DNA of 64,000 nucleotides from a virus. Of this stretch, positions 39,736 through 49,636 are shown one piece after another. How positions within the stretch are numbered: the stretch's first letter is position 1; every line of letters starts with the position of its first letter. The notes under the pieces were generated by a model, which worked only from the letters and a program-made list of their open reading frames with translations, did not search any database and was not told the DNA's origin. The stretch lies in the IMG/VR virus record IMGVR_UViG_3300042507_006854, positions 32,001 to 96,000 of that record. One strand, given 5' to 3'. Both the position numbers and the translations under genes were made by a program.

Positions 39736-40759
39736 AAAAGTTCTTATTACAGGCGTTACGGGCCAAGATGGTAGTTACATGGCAGATTTTCTACTAGAGA
39801 ATACTGATTATGAAATTTATGGAATGGTGAGAAGGGCTTCTACAAATAATTATCATAATATAAAACATTTATTAGATAACCCTAGATTTAAATTAATCAC
39901 TGGAGATTTAACAGACTCACAATCTATTGATAACATTGTTAGAGACGCGCAACCAGATTATTTTATAAATTTAGCTGCCCAAAGTTTTGTTGGAGCGTCT
40001 TGGCAAATACCCGAACAAACCTTTGATATAGATGCTGTTGGTGTTATTAGATGTTTAGAAGCCGTCAGAAAACACGCCCCAAATTGTAGATTTTATAACG
40101 CAGGATCTTCGGAAGAATTAGGAAACGTAGATTATAGTCCACAAGATGAAAAACACCCCTTAAAACCAAGAAGTCCTTACGGGGCAGCGAAAGCTGCTGC
40201 TAGACATATTGTAAAAGTTTATAGGGAAAGTTATAATCTTTTTGCAATTCAAGGGTTATTATACAATCATGAGAGCCCAAGGCGTGGAGAAGAATTTGTC
40301 ACAAGAAAAATTACAAAAGAAATTGCTAAGATTAAAAAAGCTTTAGATCATGGTTATGATTTTGAACCGCTAGAATTAGGCAATATTTATGCTAAAAGAG
40401 ATTGGAGCCATGCAAAAGATTTTGTTCGTGGCATTTGGATGATGTTAAATCAAGATACCCCTGTAGAATATTTATTATCTTCCGGAGAAACTCATACAGT
40501 AAAAGAATTTCTTGAAAAAGCCTTTGAACATGTAAGTATCAAAGGGGATTGGGTTGGGTCAGGAATAGAAGAAAAATTAATTTATAAAAATCAAATACTT
40601 GTACAGATTAATTCACAATTTTACAGACCAGCCGAAGTTGATTTATTGCTTGGAAATCCTACTCAAGCTGTAACAAAACTAGGGTGGAAACCAGAAATTT
40701 CTTTTGAAAATTTAGTTAAAGAAATGGTAGATTGGGATAATTTAAATCTGAATGTGTAA
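39728..40759 (+). CDS. gmd: GDP-mannose 4,6-dehydratase
   Basis: LITGVTGQDGSY, NLAAQSFV, PRSPYGAAK, NHESPRRGEEFVTRKIT, RDW and RPAEVDLL. Confidence 0.95.
   Translation: MRKKVLITGVTGQDGSYMADFLLENTDYEIYGMVRRASTNNYHNIKHLLDNPRFKLITGDLTDSQSIDNIVRDAQPDYFINLAAQSFVGASWQIPEQTFDIDAVGVIRCLEAVRKHAPNCRFYNAGSSEELGNVDYSPQDEKHPLKPRSPYGAAKAAARHIVKVYRESYNLFAIQGLLYNHESPRRGEEFVTRKITKEIAKIKKALDHGYDFEPLELGNIYAKRDWSHAKDFVRGIWMMLNQDTPVEYLLSSGETHTVKEFLEKAFEHVSIKGDWVGSGIEEKLIYKNQILVQINSQFYRPAEVDLLLGNPTQAVTKLGWKPEISFENLVKEMVDWDNLNLNV
40754..40759 (+). promoter_or_regulatory. GTGTAA putative late promoter
   Basis: 11 nt upstream of ATG 40771. Confidence 0.5.
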
Positions 40760-40770
40760 TAATATTTATT

Positions 40771-40977
40771 ATGGAAGAAACAGTTCAAATCATAACACCG
40801 GCAGACAAATTTAATCACTGTAAGCATCGTTCCCCAGAAGAAGAAAGTAGGGTAATTAAAAGATGCTCTTGTCAAGGTGGAGACTATGTTGACAAAGGTT
40901 ATTTTTGTCACAAAAGGCAAATTTTTAAACTAGGGGCACAAATTTGTGAAATCTGCGAACTTTTCGAGTCTAAATAA
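40771..40977 (+). CDS. Small Cys-rich putative metal-binding protein
   Basis: Paralog of 29664..29870. Confidence 0.6.
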   Translation: MEETVQIITPADKFNHCKHRSPEEESRVIKRCSCQGGDYVDKGYFCHKRQIFKLGAQICEICELFESK

Positions 40978-41314
40978 AAAAGAGTTTGTTAAAAAATTCT
41001 TAAAAGACACAAATAATATTATTTGGCCAAAAGAAATGAAAATGGTCAAAAGTTTATTTAAAATTTTTCCAAATGAAAATTTTTGGAAAGGCTTAACGCT
41101 TAATTTTCAACTAAATAGTTTATGTTGGTTTTTATCCGATGACGGAAGAAAATTTCTTAATAAAGAATATAAAAAATTTAATTTAGAATTGCCAGAAATA
41201 AAAACTTTTGAAGTAGATAATAATAATATTGCATTCGAAAACAAATCGTCATATGATTTAGATAAAGCTCTCAATCTAAGAGAGTTCTTAAATTTATGGC
41301 AAAAGAAACTATAG
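40946..41314 (+). CDS. Hypothetical protein
   Basis: ORF; start position uncertain. Confidence 0.5.
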   Translation: MKSANFSSLNKKEFVKKFLKDTNNIIWPKEMKMVKSLFKIFPNENFWKGLTLNFQLNSLCWFLSDDGRKFLNKEYKKFNLELPEIKTFEVDNNNIAFENKSSYDLDKALNLREFLNLWQKKL

Positions 41315-42387
41315 GCGGCAAAAGCATATTATCTTCACATTTAAAAGATAATAAAGACAGTCATTATAATTTTGAAGATGAAAAAATCTTTCATATTTCA
41401 ACGGGATCTTTGCTTTTAGATTCTGAACTTAGCGGGTCGTTAGAAGTTCCAGCGATTGTTCGCTTTACCGGAGTAAGCGGTGGCGGAAAAACAAGCGCCG
41501 CGCTTCTTATAATGAAGAATTTTCTTAAAACCGTCCCAAACTCTAAAGGCTTCTTAGTTAAAGCCGAGGGGCGTTTAAATTCAAACGTCAAAAAAATTTC
41601 TGGAGTAGATTTTGTTGATAAGCCAGAAGAGTGGGATAATGGAAAATGTTTTGTTTTGCGCTCGAATGTTTACGAAAATATTGCCACGCTTATTCTAGAG
41701 TTGATTCAAAATAATCCAGAAAATACTCGATACTACTTTCTCATTGATAGTATGGATGCACTCATTTCTAAAAATGACTTAAGTAAAGGTTTTGACGATA
41801 GCGCTAAAGTTGCAGCTGGGGCTGTACTTACTTCAAATTTTCTCCGGAGAATAATGTTGCCGTTATCTACCTTTGGACATATTTGCGGTCTTATTTCGCA
41901 AGTTCGTTCTAACGTTCAAATTAATCCATACGCTAAAGGAGATCCAAAATTAACCAATAGCTCTGGCGGTAACGCATTACAACATTATGCTGATTGGATT
42001 TTTGAATTCCAGCCAAGATATAAATCAGATCAAATTATTGAAGATGGAAAAATTATTGGCCATTGGTCGAAGATTCTACTTAGAAAAACAACAAACGAAA
42101 AAGATGGTGTAGAAGTTACCTATCCAATTAAGCATGGAAGAAGTGACGGTAAAAGCATTTGGACAGAATATGAAATTGCTGATATGCTTATCCAATGGGG
42201 TTTTGCAAAAAAATCTGGAGCATGGATTGCTTTTGACGAAGGTTTAATCAAGGATATTAAAGAAGATGTCAAAGAAAATTGCCCTGATAAAATTCAAGGA
42301 ATGGATCAACTTAGAACATTTTTAGAAGAAAATAATAAAATATGTAATTATTTATTCAATAAATTTAAAGCTGCATTTGCTAAATGA
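41296..42387 (+). CDS. recA: RecA/UvsX-like recombinase
   Basis: ISTGSLLLD, Walker A GVSGGGKT, LIDSMDAL, ISQVR, SGGNALQHYA. Confidence 0.9.
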   Translation: MAKETIGGKSILSSHLKDNKDSHYNFEDEKIFHISTGSLLLDSELSGSLEVPAIVRFTGVSGGGKTSAALLIMKNFLKTVPNSKGFLVKAEGRLNSNVKKISGVDFVDKPEEWDNGKCFVLRSNVYENIATLILELIQNNPENTRYYFLIDSMDALISKNDLSKGFDDSAKVAAGAVLTSNFLRRIMLPLSTFGHICGLISQVRSNVQINPYAKGDPKLTNSSGGNALQHYADWIFEFQPRYKSDQIIEDGKIIGHWSKILLRKTTNEKDGVEVTYPIKHGRSDGKSIWTEYEIADMLIQWGFAKKSGAWIAFDEGLIKDIKEDVKENCPDKIQGMDQLRTFLEENNKICNYLFNKFKAAFAK

Positions 42388-43322
42388 AAATAGATTATAC
42401 AGATTTAATTATAAACTATTATAAAGATAAAGTTTCAAGCAAAAAAACTTTAGAACGTTCCGATTCTTTTTTAGACCAAAAAGAACGGTATGCAATTACC
42501 TTTAATAACGGTATTGGGGATAGCGTAGTTATTAATCAATTACTATTTGAAACAGAATCTAAAAGAAGTAATATCCATATAAAAAGTTATTCAGACAAAT
42601 TTTTTCAAATATCGCAATTTAATAAATTTATAAAAACAAATTTTTATGACGAAAGTTGTCCGGAACAATATAGAACAGAAGTTCTAGAAGATTATAATTT
42701 AGGCTCTGGGCATTTAATTCAAAAAATGAGAAAGTTTTTTAACTTACCGGTTTTAAATAAACCAAAATCATTTTTAGAAACCGGAGAAGAAAAAATTAAA
42801 AATCGAATTGGGTTACATTTATCGGTAGGGGCAAGCGCAATGGAACTATCCAAGTTTAATTCTTTTCCAAGGCAAATATACAAACAAAATATTGATATTA
42901 TCCAAAAATTTATTAATGAACATCCAGAATATCAATTTGTTGAATTTGGTGGGCAATCAGTTGGTTTAACGAACTGCATAGATTATTGCGGGCAAACTAT
43001 GTCCTTGTCTATTAAAGAGTTATCTAAATGTGAGTATTTTATCGGTTTAAATAGTGGGTTTATGAATTTAGCCGCATGTTTTGATATTAAATCTATTATT
43101 ATTTTAAACATACCTATTAACCCATCAGATATAGTACTCCCAGTCTTAAAAGATATAAGAGTTCCAGATATGAACTGGTTATATCCACAAAATGTTCATC
43201 TTCATCAAGATGGAAAGTCAGACTTAGTTCCTTTATTCAACTATGAAAACATTTTAAAAGCTATTAATGGAGAGATATATCCATTTTGGACAGAAAAATA
43301 TTTAGATTTAATTTATGGTTAA
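42384..43322 (+). CDS. GT9-like glycosyltransferase
   Basis: GIGDSV and FIGLNSGFMNLAA motifs. Confidence 0.7.
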   Translation: MKIDYTDLIINYYKDKVSSKKTLERSDSFLDQKERYAITFNNGIGDSVVINQLLFETESKRSNIHIKSYSDKFFQISQFNKFIKTNFYDESCPEQYRTEVLEDYNLGSGHLIQKMRKFFNLPVLNKPKSFLETGEEKIKNRIGLHLSVGASAMELSKFNSFPRQIYKQNIDIIQKFINEHPEYQFVEFGGQSVGLTNCIDYCGQTMSLSIKELSKCEYFIGLNSGFMNLAACFDIKSIIILNIPINPSDIVLPVLKDIRVPDMNWLYPQNVHLHQDGKSDLVPLFNYENILKAINGEIYPFWTEKYLDLIYG

Positions 43323-43647
43323 AATTAGTGTAGACGAATCGTACGCGTTTGATTATCTTTCTATTCTTTTTATAAAGAAGAATATGTCAGACGAGTGTTT
43401 TAGAAACTGGGAAAATTGTTATGATGAACTTTCATTACAAATAAATAATTTTGACGAAATTATTAATTCTCAAGAATATATAAATTTGCTAGAAGCAAAT
43501 CAAATTACTTTTACTGCCGTAGAGCACGCAAGGTATGGCGAAATCTCAGCAAAAGATGTTGATAATGCCAATATGTTACGACATAAAAGAAAAAAAGAAT
43601 TACAAGAAAAATATTTTGGCAATAAAATTACAGAACATAAAACATGA
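43315..43647 (+). CDS. Hypothetical protein (DUF6165-like)
   Basis: FDYLSILFIK...N..R...K pattern, typical of neighbours of glycosyltransferase genes. Confidence 0.45.
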   Translation: MVKISVDESYAFDYLSILFIKKNMSDECFRNWENCYDELSLQINNFDEIINSQEYINLLEANQITFTAVEHARYGEISAKDVDNANMLRHKRKKELQEKYFGNKITEHKT

Positions 43648-44342
43648 AAAAACTTAAAAATACAACGTTAGTATGTGTAGATGGAGTTGGTAAAACCGAA
43701 TCTGCATTAAAGTCTATTGAAGCCTCTACTTTAAATATAGAATATGAAAAAATAGTACTAATTACTCCAGATAGAAATCTTGACTCTAATAATAAAATTC
43801 AAGTCAGCCATATTAATAAAATGTCATGGAATGATTATAATGAGTTTATTCTCAAAGATTTAACAAATTATTTTGATACAACATACGTTCTTTTAACACA
43901 AGACGACGGGTTTGTGTCTAACTCAGAAAATTGGACGGATGAATTTTTTGAATATGATTACATTGGAGCTCCATGGCCAATCTATTTAGTCAACCACCTT
44001 TTGGTAAATTTATCCCAAGGCACTGATTATCATGGCACTGGGTTTAAAACAAATGTTCCCAAATTACCCAATTATGATTTACATAATTATAGAGTTGGAA
44101 ATGGTGGTTTTTCTTTTAGGAGTAAACGTCTTTGCAATTTTACAAAAAACTATGCAAATAAATACCCAGAGAAACCAGAAGATTGTATAATATCTCTTTA
44201 CGAAAGACAAGATATTTATGATAATGATATGTATATCGCTCCAGTAGAAGTTGCTGCAAAGTTTGCTGTAGAATCCCCGAATGAATTTAATCCAACTAGA
44301 GATATAACAAAAACTTTTGGATTTCATAGGTTTAATTATTAA
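43644..44342 (+). CDS. DUF5672-like glycosyltransferase
   Basis: QDDGF, YDYIGAPW, VGNGGFSFRS, PED and FGFH motifs. Confidence 0.8.
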   Translation: MKKLKNTTLVCVDGVGKTESALKSIEASTLNIEYEKIVLITPDRNLDSNNKIQVSHINKMSWNDYNEFILKDLTNYFDTTYVLLTQDDGFVSNSENWTDEFFEYDYIGAPWPIYLVNHLLVNLSQGTDYHGTGFKTNVPKLPNYDLHNYRVGNGGFSFRSKRLCNFTKNYANKYPEKPEDCIISLYERQDIYDNDMYIAPVEVAAKFAVESPNEFNPTRDITKTFGFHRFNY

Positions 44343-44343
44343 A

Positions 44344-45030
44344 ATGATAAATATTATTTATCGATTTTGTAATACACCGTGTAGTGAAAGGCATAATCGA
44401 CCATATTGGTTTTCTAAAATTAATTGTTTTGAGTCCCTGTACCAAAATTTTGTAATTAAAGATGAGTATAAAATATACTGTATTCAAGATGGAGAAGATG
44501 ATGAATTAACTTATTTAATTAAATCAAAAGATAAAATTGAAAGATTTATTAATATTAATTATAAATCAAACGCTGCGAGCCTAGATTTTTGTTTAAATTA
44601 TGCAGATAATATAAAAGAAGGCGATTATTATTTTGTAGAAGATGATTTTTTGCATAGGCCGAATTCAAATTCTATTTTAGAAGAAGGTTTAAATAAGTTT
44701 GGTTTAATTACTCTATATGATCATTTAGATAGGTATACAGTGAGTGATGATATTACAAAAAATTGTGAATCTATTGCCTTAACCAATTCCTGCTACTGGA
44801 GAACAGCGGAAAGTACTACTTGTACATGGGCATGTAAACGAGAGACCTGGGAAGAAATAAAAGATGATGCTAAAAAATTTAATTTAAATGATCGGGGATT
44901 TTTTAGGCATTTAATACAAAAAAATATTAGATTATGGTCACCAATTAAAGCATATTCTACTCATTGTATGAGTCATTTACTATCCCCATTAATTGATTGG
45001 AAAAAAGTTAATAACGAATATATTATTTAA
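44344..45030 (+). CDS. GT2-like glycosyltransferase
   Basis: YFVEDDFLH, LYDH and STTCT motifs. Confidence 0.7.
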   Translation: MINIIYRFCNTPCSERHNRPYWFSKINCFESLYQNFVIKDEYKIYCIQDGEDDELTYLIKSKDKIERFININYKSNAASLDFCLNYADNIKEGDYYFVEDDFLHRPNSNSILEEGLNKFGLITLYDHLDRYTVSDDITKNCESIALTNSCYWRTAESTTCTWACKRETWEEIKDDAKKFNLNDRGFFRHLIQKNIRLWSPIKAYSTHCMSHLLSPLIDWKKVNNEYII

Positions 45031-45031
45031 T

Positions 45032-45610
45032 ATGCAAAAAATATTATCAAAATACGAAGAACTAAAATCAACTCCGTCTGATATTAATGAACATTTTGAC
45101 ACGCTTTTAAAATATGGAGCCGAATGTAAAACTATTACCGAACTCGGAGTTAGGGGGATTTGTTCTACCTGGGCTTTTCTAGCTTCAAAGCCTGAAAAAT
45201 TAATAAGTTATGATCTTAAACATCCAATTTTTTTTGGTGGAAATCTTGAAGAAGTCGTTGAGGCAGCTAATGAAGCTGGTATTGATTTTAAATTTATAGA
45301 AGGAGATAGTACAAAAATTATCCTTGATAATACAGATTTATTATTTATTGATACGTGGCATACGTATGATCAATTGTCGCTAGAATTAAAATTGCATTCA
45401 AAAAATGTTAATAAATATATTGTTTTACATGACACAACAAATTATGAATATCAGGATGAGACATTCCATCATGTACATGCTTGGGAACAACCTTTTCAAG
45501 GTGGTGGTTTATGGAAAGCGGTAGAAGAATTTTTAGTTAAAAATAAAGATTGGCTTCTTAAAGAAAGGTTTATAAATAACAACGGTTTAACAATTTTAGA
45601 GAAAAAATGA
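45032..45610 (+). CDS. Class I SAM-dependent methyltransferase (Methyltransf_24-like)
   Basis: ELGVRG, DLLFIDTWH, IVLHDT and NNNGLT motifs. Confidence 0.85.
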   Translation: MQKILSKYEELKSTPSDINEHFDTLLKYGAECKTITELGVRGICSTWAFLASKPEKLISYDLKHPIFFGGNLEEVVEAANEAGIDFKFIEGDSTKIILDNTDLLFIDTWHTYDQLSLELKLHSKNVNKYIVLHDTTNYEYQDETFHHVHAWEQPFQGGGLWKAVEEFLVKNKDWLLKERFINNNGLTILEKK

Positions 45611-46602
45611 AAAAAATTTTAATTACAGGCATAGCAGGAATGATTGGAAGTATCTTGGCAAGATACTTTTTATCAAGAGGTTATATAGTATATGGAATTG
45701 ATAATCTTAGCGGGGGGTTTATAGAAAATGTAGATGATCCAGTTCATTTTTATGAGATTGATATTTGCGATCAAAAACAAATCAATAGTATTTTTGAAAA
45801 AGATAAATATGATTATGTAATACATTGTGCAGCATATGCCGCAGAAATTTTAAGCCCTTTTATTCGTAATTATAATTATACAAACAATTTAATTGGTTCG
45901 GTGAATATAATAAATGCATGTATAAATAACGAAGTTAAAAAATTAATCAATTTTTCAAGTTTTGCTACTTATGGAGAAGGATCGCCACCTTTTAAAGAAA
46001 CTGATCTAAGGCAACCAAAAGATTGCTATGGTATAGCAAAATTAGCTGTAGAGATGGATTTAAAAGAGGCTAGTGATCATTTTGGATTAAGATATTCTAC
46101 AGTTCTTCCTCATAATGTTGTTTCTATTTATCAGAATTATTGGGATAAATATCGAAATGCTATCGCTATATGGGTAAGACAATGTGCAAAAGGTGAAGAT
46201 ATTACTATTTTTGGAGATGGTCTTCAAACTCGTGCTTTTTCAGATTGTAAATTTATTTGCGAGCCTATTGAAAAACTGTTAGAAAATTTTGATGGAGAAG
46301 TATTTAATATAGGATCTGATAATGCTATTACAATTAAAGAAGCGGCAGAGCTAGTTTTGAAAGTTGGCGAAAATTGGGGTTTGATAAATTCTAAATTAAT
46401 TTTTTTAGAAAAACGTCGAGAAGTTGTTCACGCTTATTGTGATCATAGTAAAGCAAAAAAATTATTAAATTTTAAAGATGAAACGAATTTAGAATCTTTA
46501 ATTGATCAAATGTTTGGTTATTATCTAACTTTCCCGAATAAATCGGTAGAGTATATGGATTATGAAATAAACAAGAACATGTATAGCATTTGGAAAAAAT
46601 GA
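45607..46602 (+). CDS. NAD-dependent sugar epimerase/dehydratase
   Basis: ITGIAGMIG, HCAA, YGIAK and GDGLQTRAF motifs. Confidence 0.9.
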   Translation: MKKILITGIAGMIGSILARYFLSRGYIVYGIDNLSGGFIENVDDPVHFYEIDICDQKQINSIFEKDKYDYVIHCAAYAAEILSPFIRNYNYTNNLIGSVNIINACINNEVKKLINFSSFATYGEGSPPFKETDLRQPKDCYGIAKLAVEMDLKEASDHFGLRYSTVLPHNVVSIYQNYWDKYRNAIAIWVRQCAKGEDITIFGDGLQTRAFSDCKFICEPIEKLLENFDGEVFNIGSDNAITIKEAAELVLKVGENWGLINSKLIFLEKRREVVHAYCDHSKAKKLLNFKDETNLESLIDQMFGYYLTFPNKSVEYMDYEINKNMYSIWKK

Positions 46603-47012
46603 AATTTAAAAATATTTTTGGCAAAGAGGTAAATAAAAATATTAACAAATATCTTATTGATTGGGACAAGCCCTGTAAAAGTAAGGTTCAATTTAATGTA
46701 AAAAAATTTACAGAATCCTATTGGGGCACACACGTTGTAGTAGAAGAGTTCCCTGTTTTTGGAACGAGGATGAGGTGTGACCTTATTAATTTTACTAAAA
46801 AAATTGCTATAGAGACCCATGGAATGCAACATGATAAATTTGTAAAACACTTTCACAGAACAAAAACTGGATTTAAAAATAGTGTAAAAAGAGACTTGCA
46901 AAAATATTCTTGGCTTGAACTGAATGGATTTAAGATTATCGAAATATTTGAAAATGAAATTCATTTACTATCTCCAGAATGGATAAAAGAAAAATTTGAT
47001 ATAGAGATTTAA
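46599..47012 (+). CDS. Vsr/DUF559-like endonuclease
   Basis: EEFPV...D...IAIETHG.QH...RDLQK..W pattern. Confidence 0.65.
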   Translation: MKFKNIFGKEVNKNINKYLIDWDKPCKSKVQFNVKKFTESYWGTHVVVEEFPVFGTRMRCDLINFTKKIAIETHGMQHDKFVKHFHRTKTGFKNSVKRDLQKYSWLELNGFKIIEIFENEIHLLSPEWIKEKFDIEI

Positions 47013-47013
47013 T

Positions 47014-47529
47014 ATGGGATATTTAAACAGACCATTATTTACGAATAACAAAGCTTTTTACGATGATCGTGGGGTTTTTGTGCCATTGTCGTTAACATCG
47101 CATTTAACATGGTCGCAATCTAATATATCTGTAAATTTAAAACCATTTACTTTGAGAGGGTTGCATTTTCAAAAGAACCCTTACCAACAATCAAAATTTA
47201 TAAAAGTCGTTAATGGGTCAATTCTTGATTTCGTAACTGATCTTGACCCTACATCCGAAACCTACCTAAAAATAGAAATGTTTGCAATGAAACCTGGAGA
47301 TGAACTATACGTGCCTCAAAATTATGCTCATGGATTTTTAACTTTAGAAGAAAATACGATTGTTCAATATTTAGTAAATAATATTTATAATCCAAATTCA
47401 GAAGGGGTAATTCCCTGGACAGAATTTCCAGAACTTCTTAAAGAATTTAAAAAAATAAAAAATTTTTCTATAAAAAATATTGTAATAAAAGATAGAGATT
47501 TAGTAGCTAAAAATTTTGATAAAAAATAG
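47014..47529 (+). CDS. rmlC: dTDP-4-dehydrorhamnose 3,5-epimerase
   Basis: DDRGVF, TLRGLHFQ and AHGFLTL motifs. Confidence 0.9.
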   Translation: MGYLNRPLFTNNKAFYDDRGVFVPLSLTSHLTWSQSNISVNLKPFTLRGLHFQKNPYQQSKFIKVVNGSILDFVTDLDPTSETYLKIEMFAMKPGDELYVPQNYAHGFLTLEENTIVQYLVNNIYNPNSEGVIPWTEFPELLKEFKKIKNFSIKNIVIKDRDLVAKNFDKK

Positions 47530-47530
47530 C

Positions 47531-47559
47531 TTGAATATCAAAATAAGTTAGGCTATCAT
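47531..47559 (+). promoter_or_regulatory. Sigma70-type promoter, leaderless
   Basis: TTGAAT-N17-TATCAT with ATG 6 nt downstream. Confidence 0.7.
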
Positions 47560-47565
47560 ATATGT

Positions 47566-48162
47566 ATGAGCGTATTATATATTGGTATAGCCGGTGTAGC
47601 GAGGTCTGGAAAAGACAGTCTTGCACTAGAAATCGAAAATTTAATCCGATCTTATAAAGGTAAAACAATTTATAGAACGTCTTTAGCGCAACCTCTTAAA
47701 GAAGACTGTAAAGATTTTATTAAACAATATCTTGGATTGAATGTTTTTACAGATAATAACGAAGAAAAAGCTACCTTTCGTGAATTCCTAGTTTGGTATG
47801 GCAAAGTCAAACGCCAACAAACAGAAGGAAAATATTGGACAAATCTTTTAGATGAGAGGGTAAAAAAATTTCAACCAGATATTTGTATTATCCCAGATGT
47901 GCGTTATCAGCAATACGAACAAGATGAAGTTAGCTGGTTAAAAGCAAAACCAAATAACATACTTATTCACTTGCAAAGAATCGCAATTAATGGTGAAATA
48001 GTCCCTCCTGCTAATATGGATGAGTCAATCAATGATTCTATCATTCAAAATAGTGCGGATTATAAAATAGTTTGGCCAACTTTTACTGATGAGAATAAGC
48101 AAGAAAATATGAGAGAATTTGCTGAAAAAGCATTTAATGCGGTAATTAAAAATAAAATTTAA
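47566..48162 (+). CDS. Deoxynucleoside monophosphate kinase
   Basis: GIAGVARSGKD, LAQPLK and IIPDVRY...E motifs. Confidence 0.8.
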   Translation: MSVLYIGIAGVARSGKDSLALEIENLIRSYKGKTIYRTSLAQPLKEDCKDFIKQYLGLNVFTDNNEEKATFREFLVWYGKVKRQQTEGKYWTNLLDERVKKFQPDICIIPDVRYQQYEQDEVSWLKAKPNNILIHLQRIAINGEIVPPANMDESINDSIIQNSADYKIVWPTFTDENKQENMREFAEKAFNAVIKNKI

Positions 48163-48163
48163 T

Positions 48164-49636
48164 ATGAATTCTATTCGTAGCGTACAAATAGAAAAACATG
48201 TTCTTGCTGGTTTTCTAAAATACCCTCAAGTATATTTTGAAGTTTCTCATTTCATTAATGAGAATGATTTTTCGAATGGGCATAAAACGATATTTAGTGT
48301 TGTAAAAGGTCAGATCATGAAGGGTCAACCGCTTGATCCAGTAATAATCGGAGAAAAAATTAAAAACCTTGGTATTAATTTTAAACAAGATTTTAATGTT
48401 TTTGATTATATAGAGAGCCTAGCCTTTCTTAAAATTAGCCAAAAGTCTCTTATTGATGCTTGTAAAAATTTAAAAACAATTACTATTCGTCGTGAAATCG
48501 CGGAAACCGCATCTTTAATTGCAGAGTCAATGGAAAATTCTGGAGACAAATCTCCAGATGAAATTATCTCATTCGCAGATAAAATGTATAATGACAAAAT
48601 TACTGCCTATGATTTAGAATCTAATCCAGAAGATCTTTTCCAAGATATCGAAAAAATGGTTGAGGAAAGAGCTAATAACCCTATCACTGAAACCGGGTAT
48701 CTCACTCCATATAAGCTTTTTAATAAAATGTATGGCGGACTAAGGCCTGGAGAGCTTTATGCATGGGTGAGTCGTCCCAAACATGGTAAATCAACGATTC
48801 TTAGTGATATATGTTCCAAAGCAACCTTAGTTAACCCGAATATGCAGGCTCTTATTCTGGATACCGAAATGCAAACAAATGTAATTCGTTTTCGTATTGC
48901 TAGTAGCATTACTGGTATTCCAATGTGGTGGCTTGAAACAGGGCAATTCAGAAACAATAAAGAGCTTCTGGCAAAATGGAATAGTAAAAAATCAGAGCTT
49001 GCGAAAGCACAGGGTAAAGTAAAGCACTTGCAAGTAGCAGGGAAGCCCATCGCAGAAATTGAATCAATTATTCAGCGTTGGTATCTTGGCCAAGTCGGGC
49101 GTGGCAATCCTGCTATTGTTGTTTATGATTATATTAAACTAACAGGTGAAATAGAAAAAGGTAAACAGGAATATCAACTTATCGGTGATAAAGTAGATCG
49201 TCTTAAAGAGCTTTCTGTTCGTATGAATATTCCGATTCTTACTGCTTGCCAATTGAATCGTAGTGCCGAAAATGGGGCTGACGATTCTAGTGCTATTGCC
49301 CAATCAGATCGTCTTCAATGGTTTGCTGCTTATGTTGGGATTTTTAGACGTAAAACTCTTGAAGAACAAGCGGAAGATGGCGCTCAATTTGGAACGCATA
49401 AAATGATTGAACTTGCATCCCGATATCAAGGTCAGCATGCTCATGGTCACAATGATCTTGTGAGGGTAATTGAGAACAATCGTCCAGTATATCGTAAAAA
49501 TTTTATTTCATTTAATGTGGATAATTTTAATGTAGAAGAAAAAGGTACTTTACAAGATATTGTAAACCACCAAAATGGTGTTAATGTGAATATATTTGAC
49601 CGCGAAAATAATCAGGATCAAGAAGAAATCATATGA
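48164..49636 (+). CDS. dnaB: Replicative DnaB-like helicase
   Basis: GGLRPGEL, RPKHGKS, DTEM, YDYI, CQLNR and IAQSD motifs. Confidence 0.9.
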   Translation: MNSIRSVQIEKHVLAGFLKYPQVYFEVSHFINENDFSNGHKTIFSVVKGQIMKGQPLDPVIIGEKIKNLGINFKQDFNVFDYIESLAFLKISQKSLIDACKNLKTITIRREIAETASLIAESMENSGDKSPDEIISFADKMYNDKITAYDLESNPEDLFQDIEKMVEERANNPITETGYLTPYKLFNKMYGGLRPGELYAWVSRPKHGKSTILSDICSKATLVNPNMQALILDTEMQTNVIRFRIASSITGIPMWWLETGQFRNNKELLAKWNSKKSELAKAQGKVKHLQVAGKPIAEIESIIQRWYLGQVGRGNPAIVVYDYIKLTGEIEKGKQEYQLIGDKVDRLKELSVRMNIPILTACQLNRSAENGADDSSAIAQSDRLQWFAAYVGIFRRKTLEEQAEDGAQFGTHKMIELASRYQGQHAHGHNDLVRVIENNRPVYRKNFISFNVDNFNVEEKGTLQDIVNHQNGVNVNIFDRENNQDQEEII

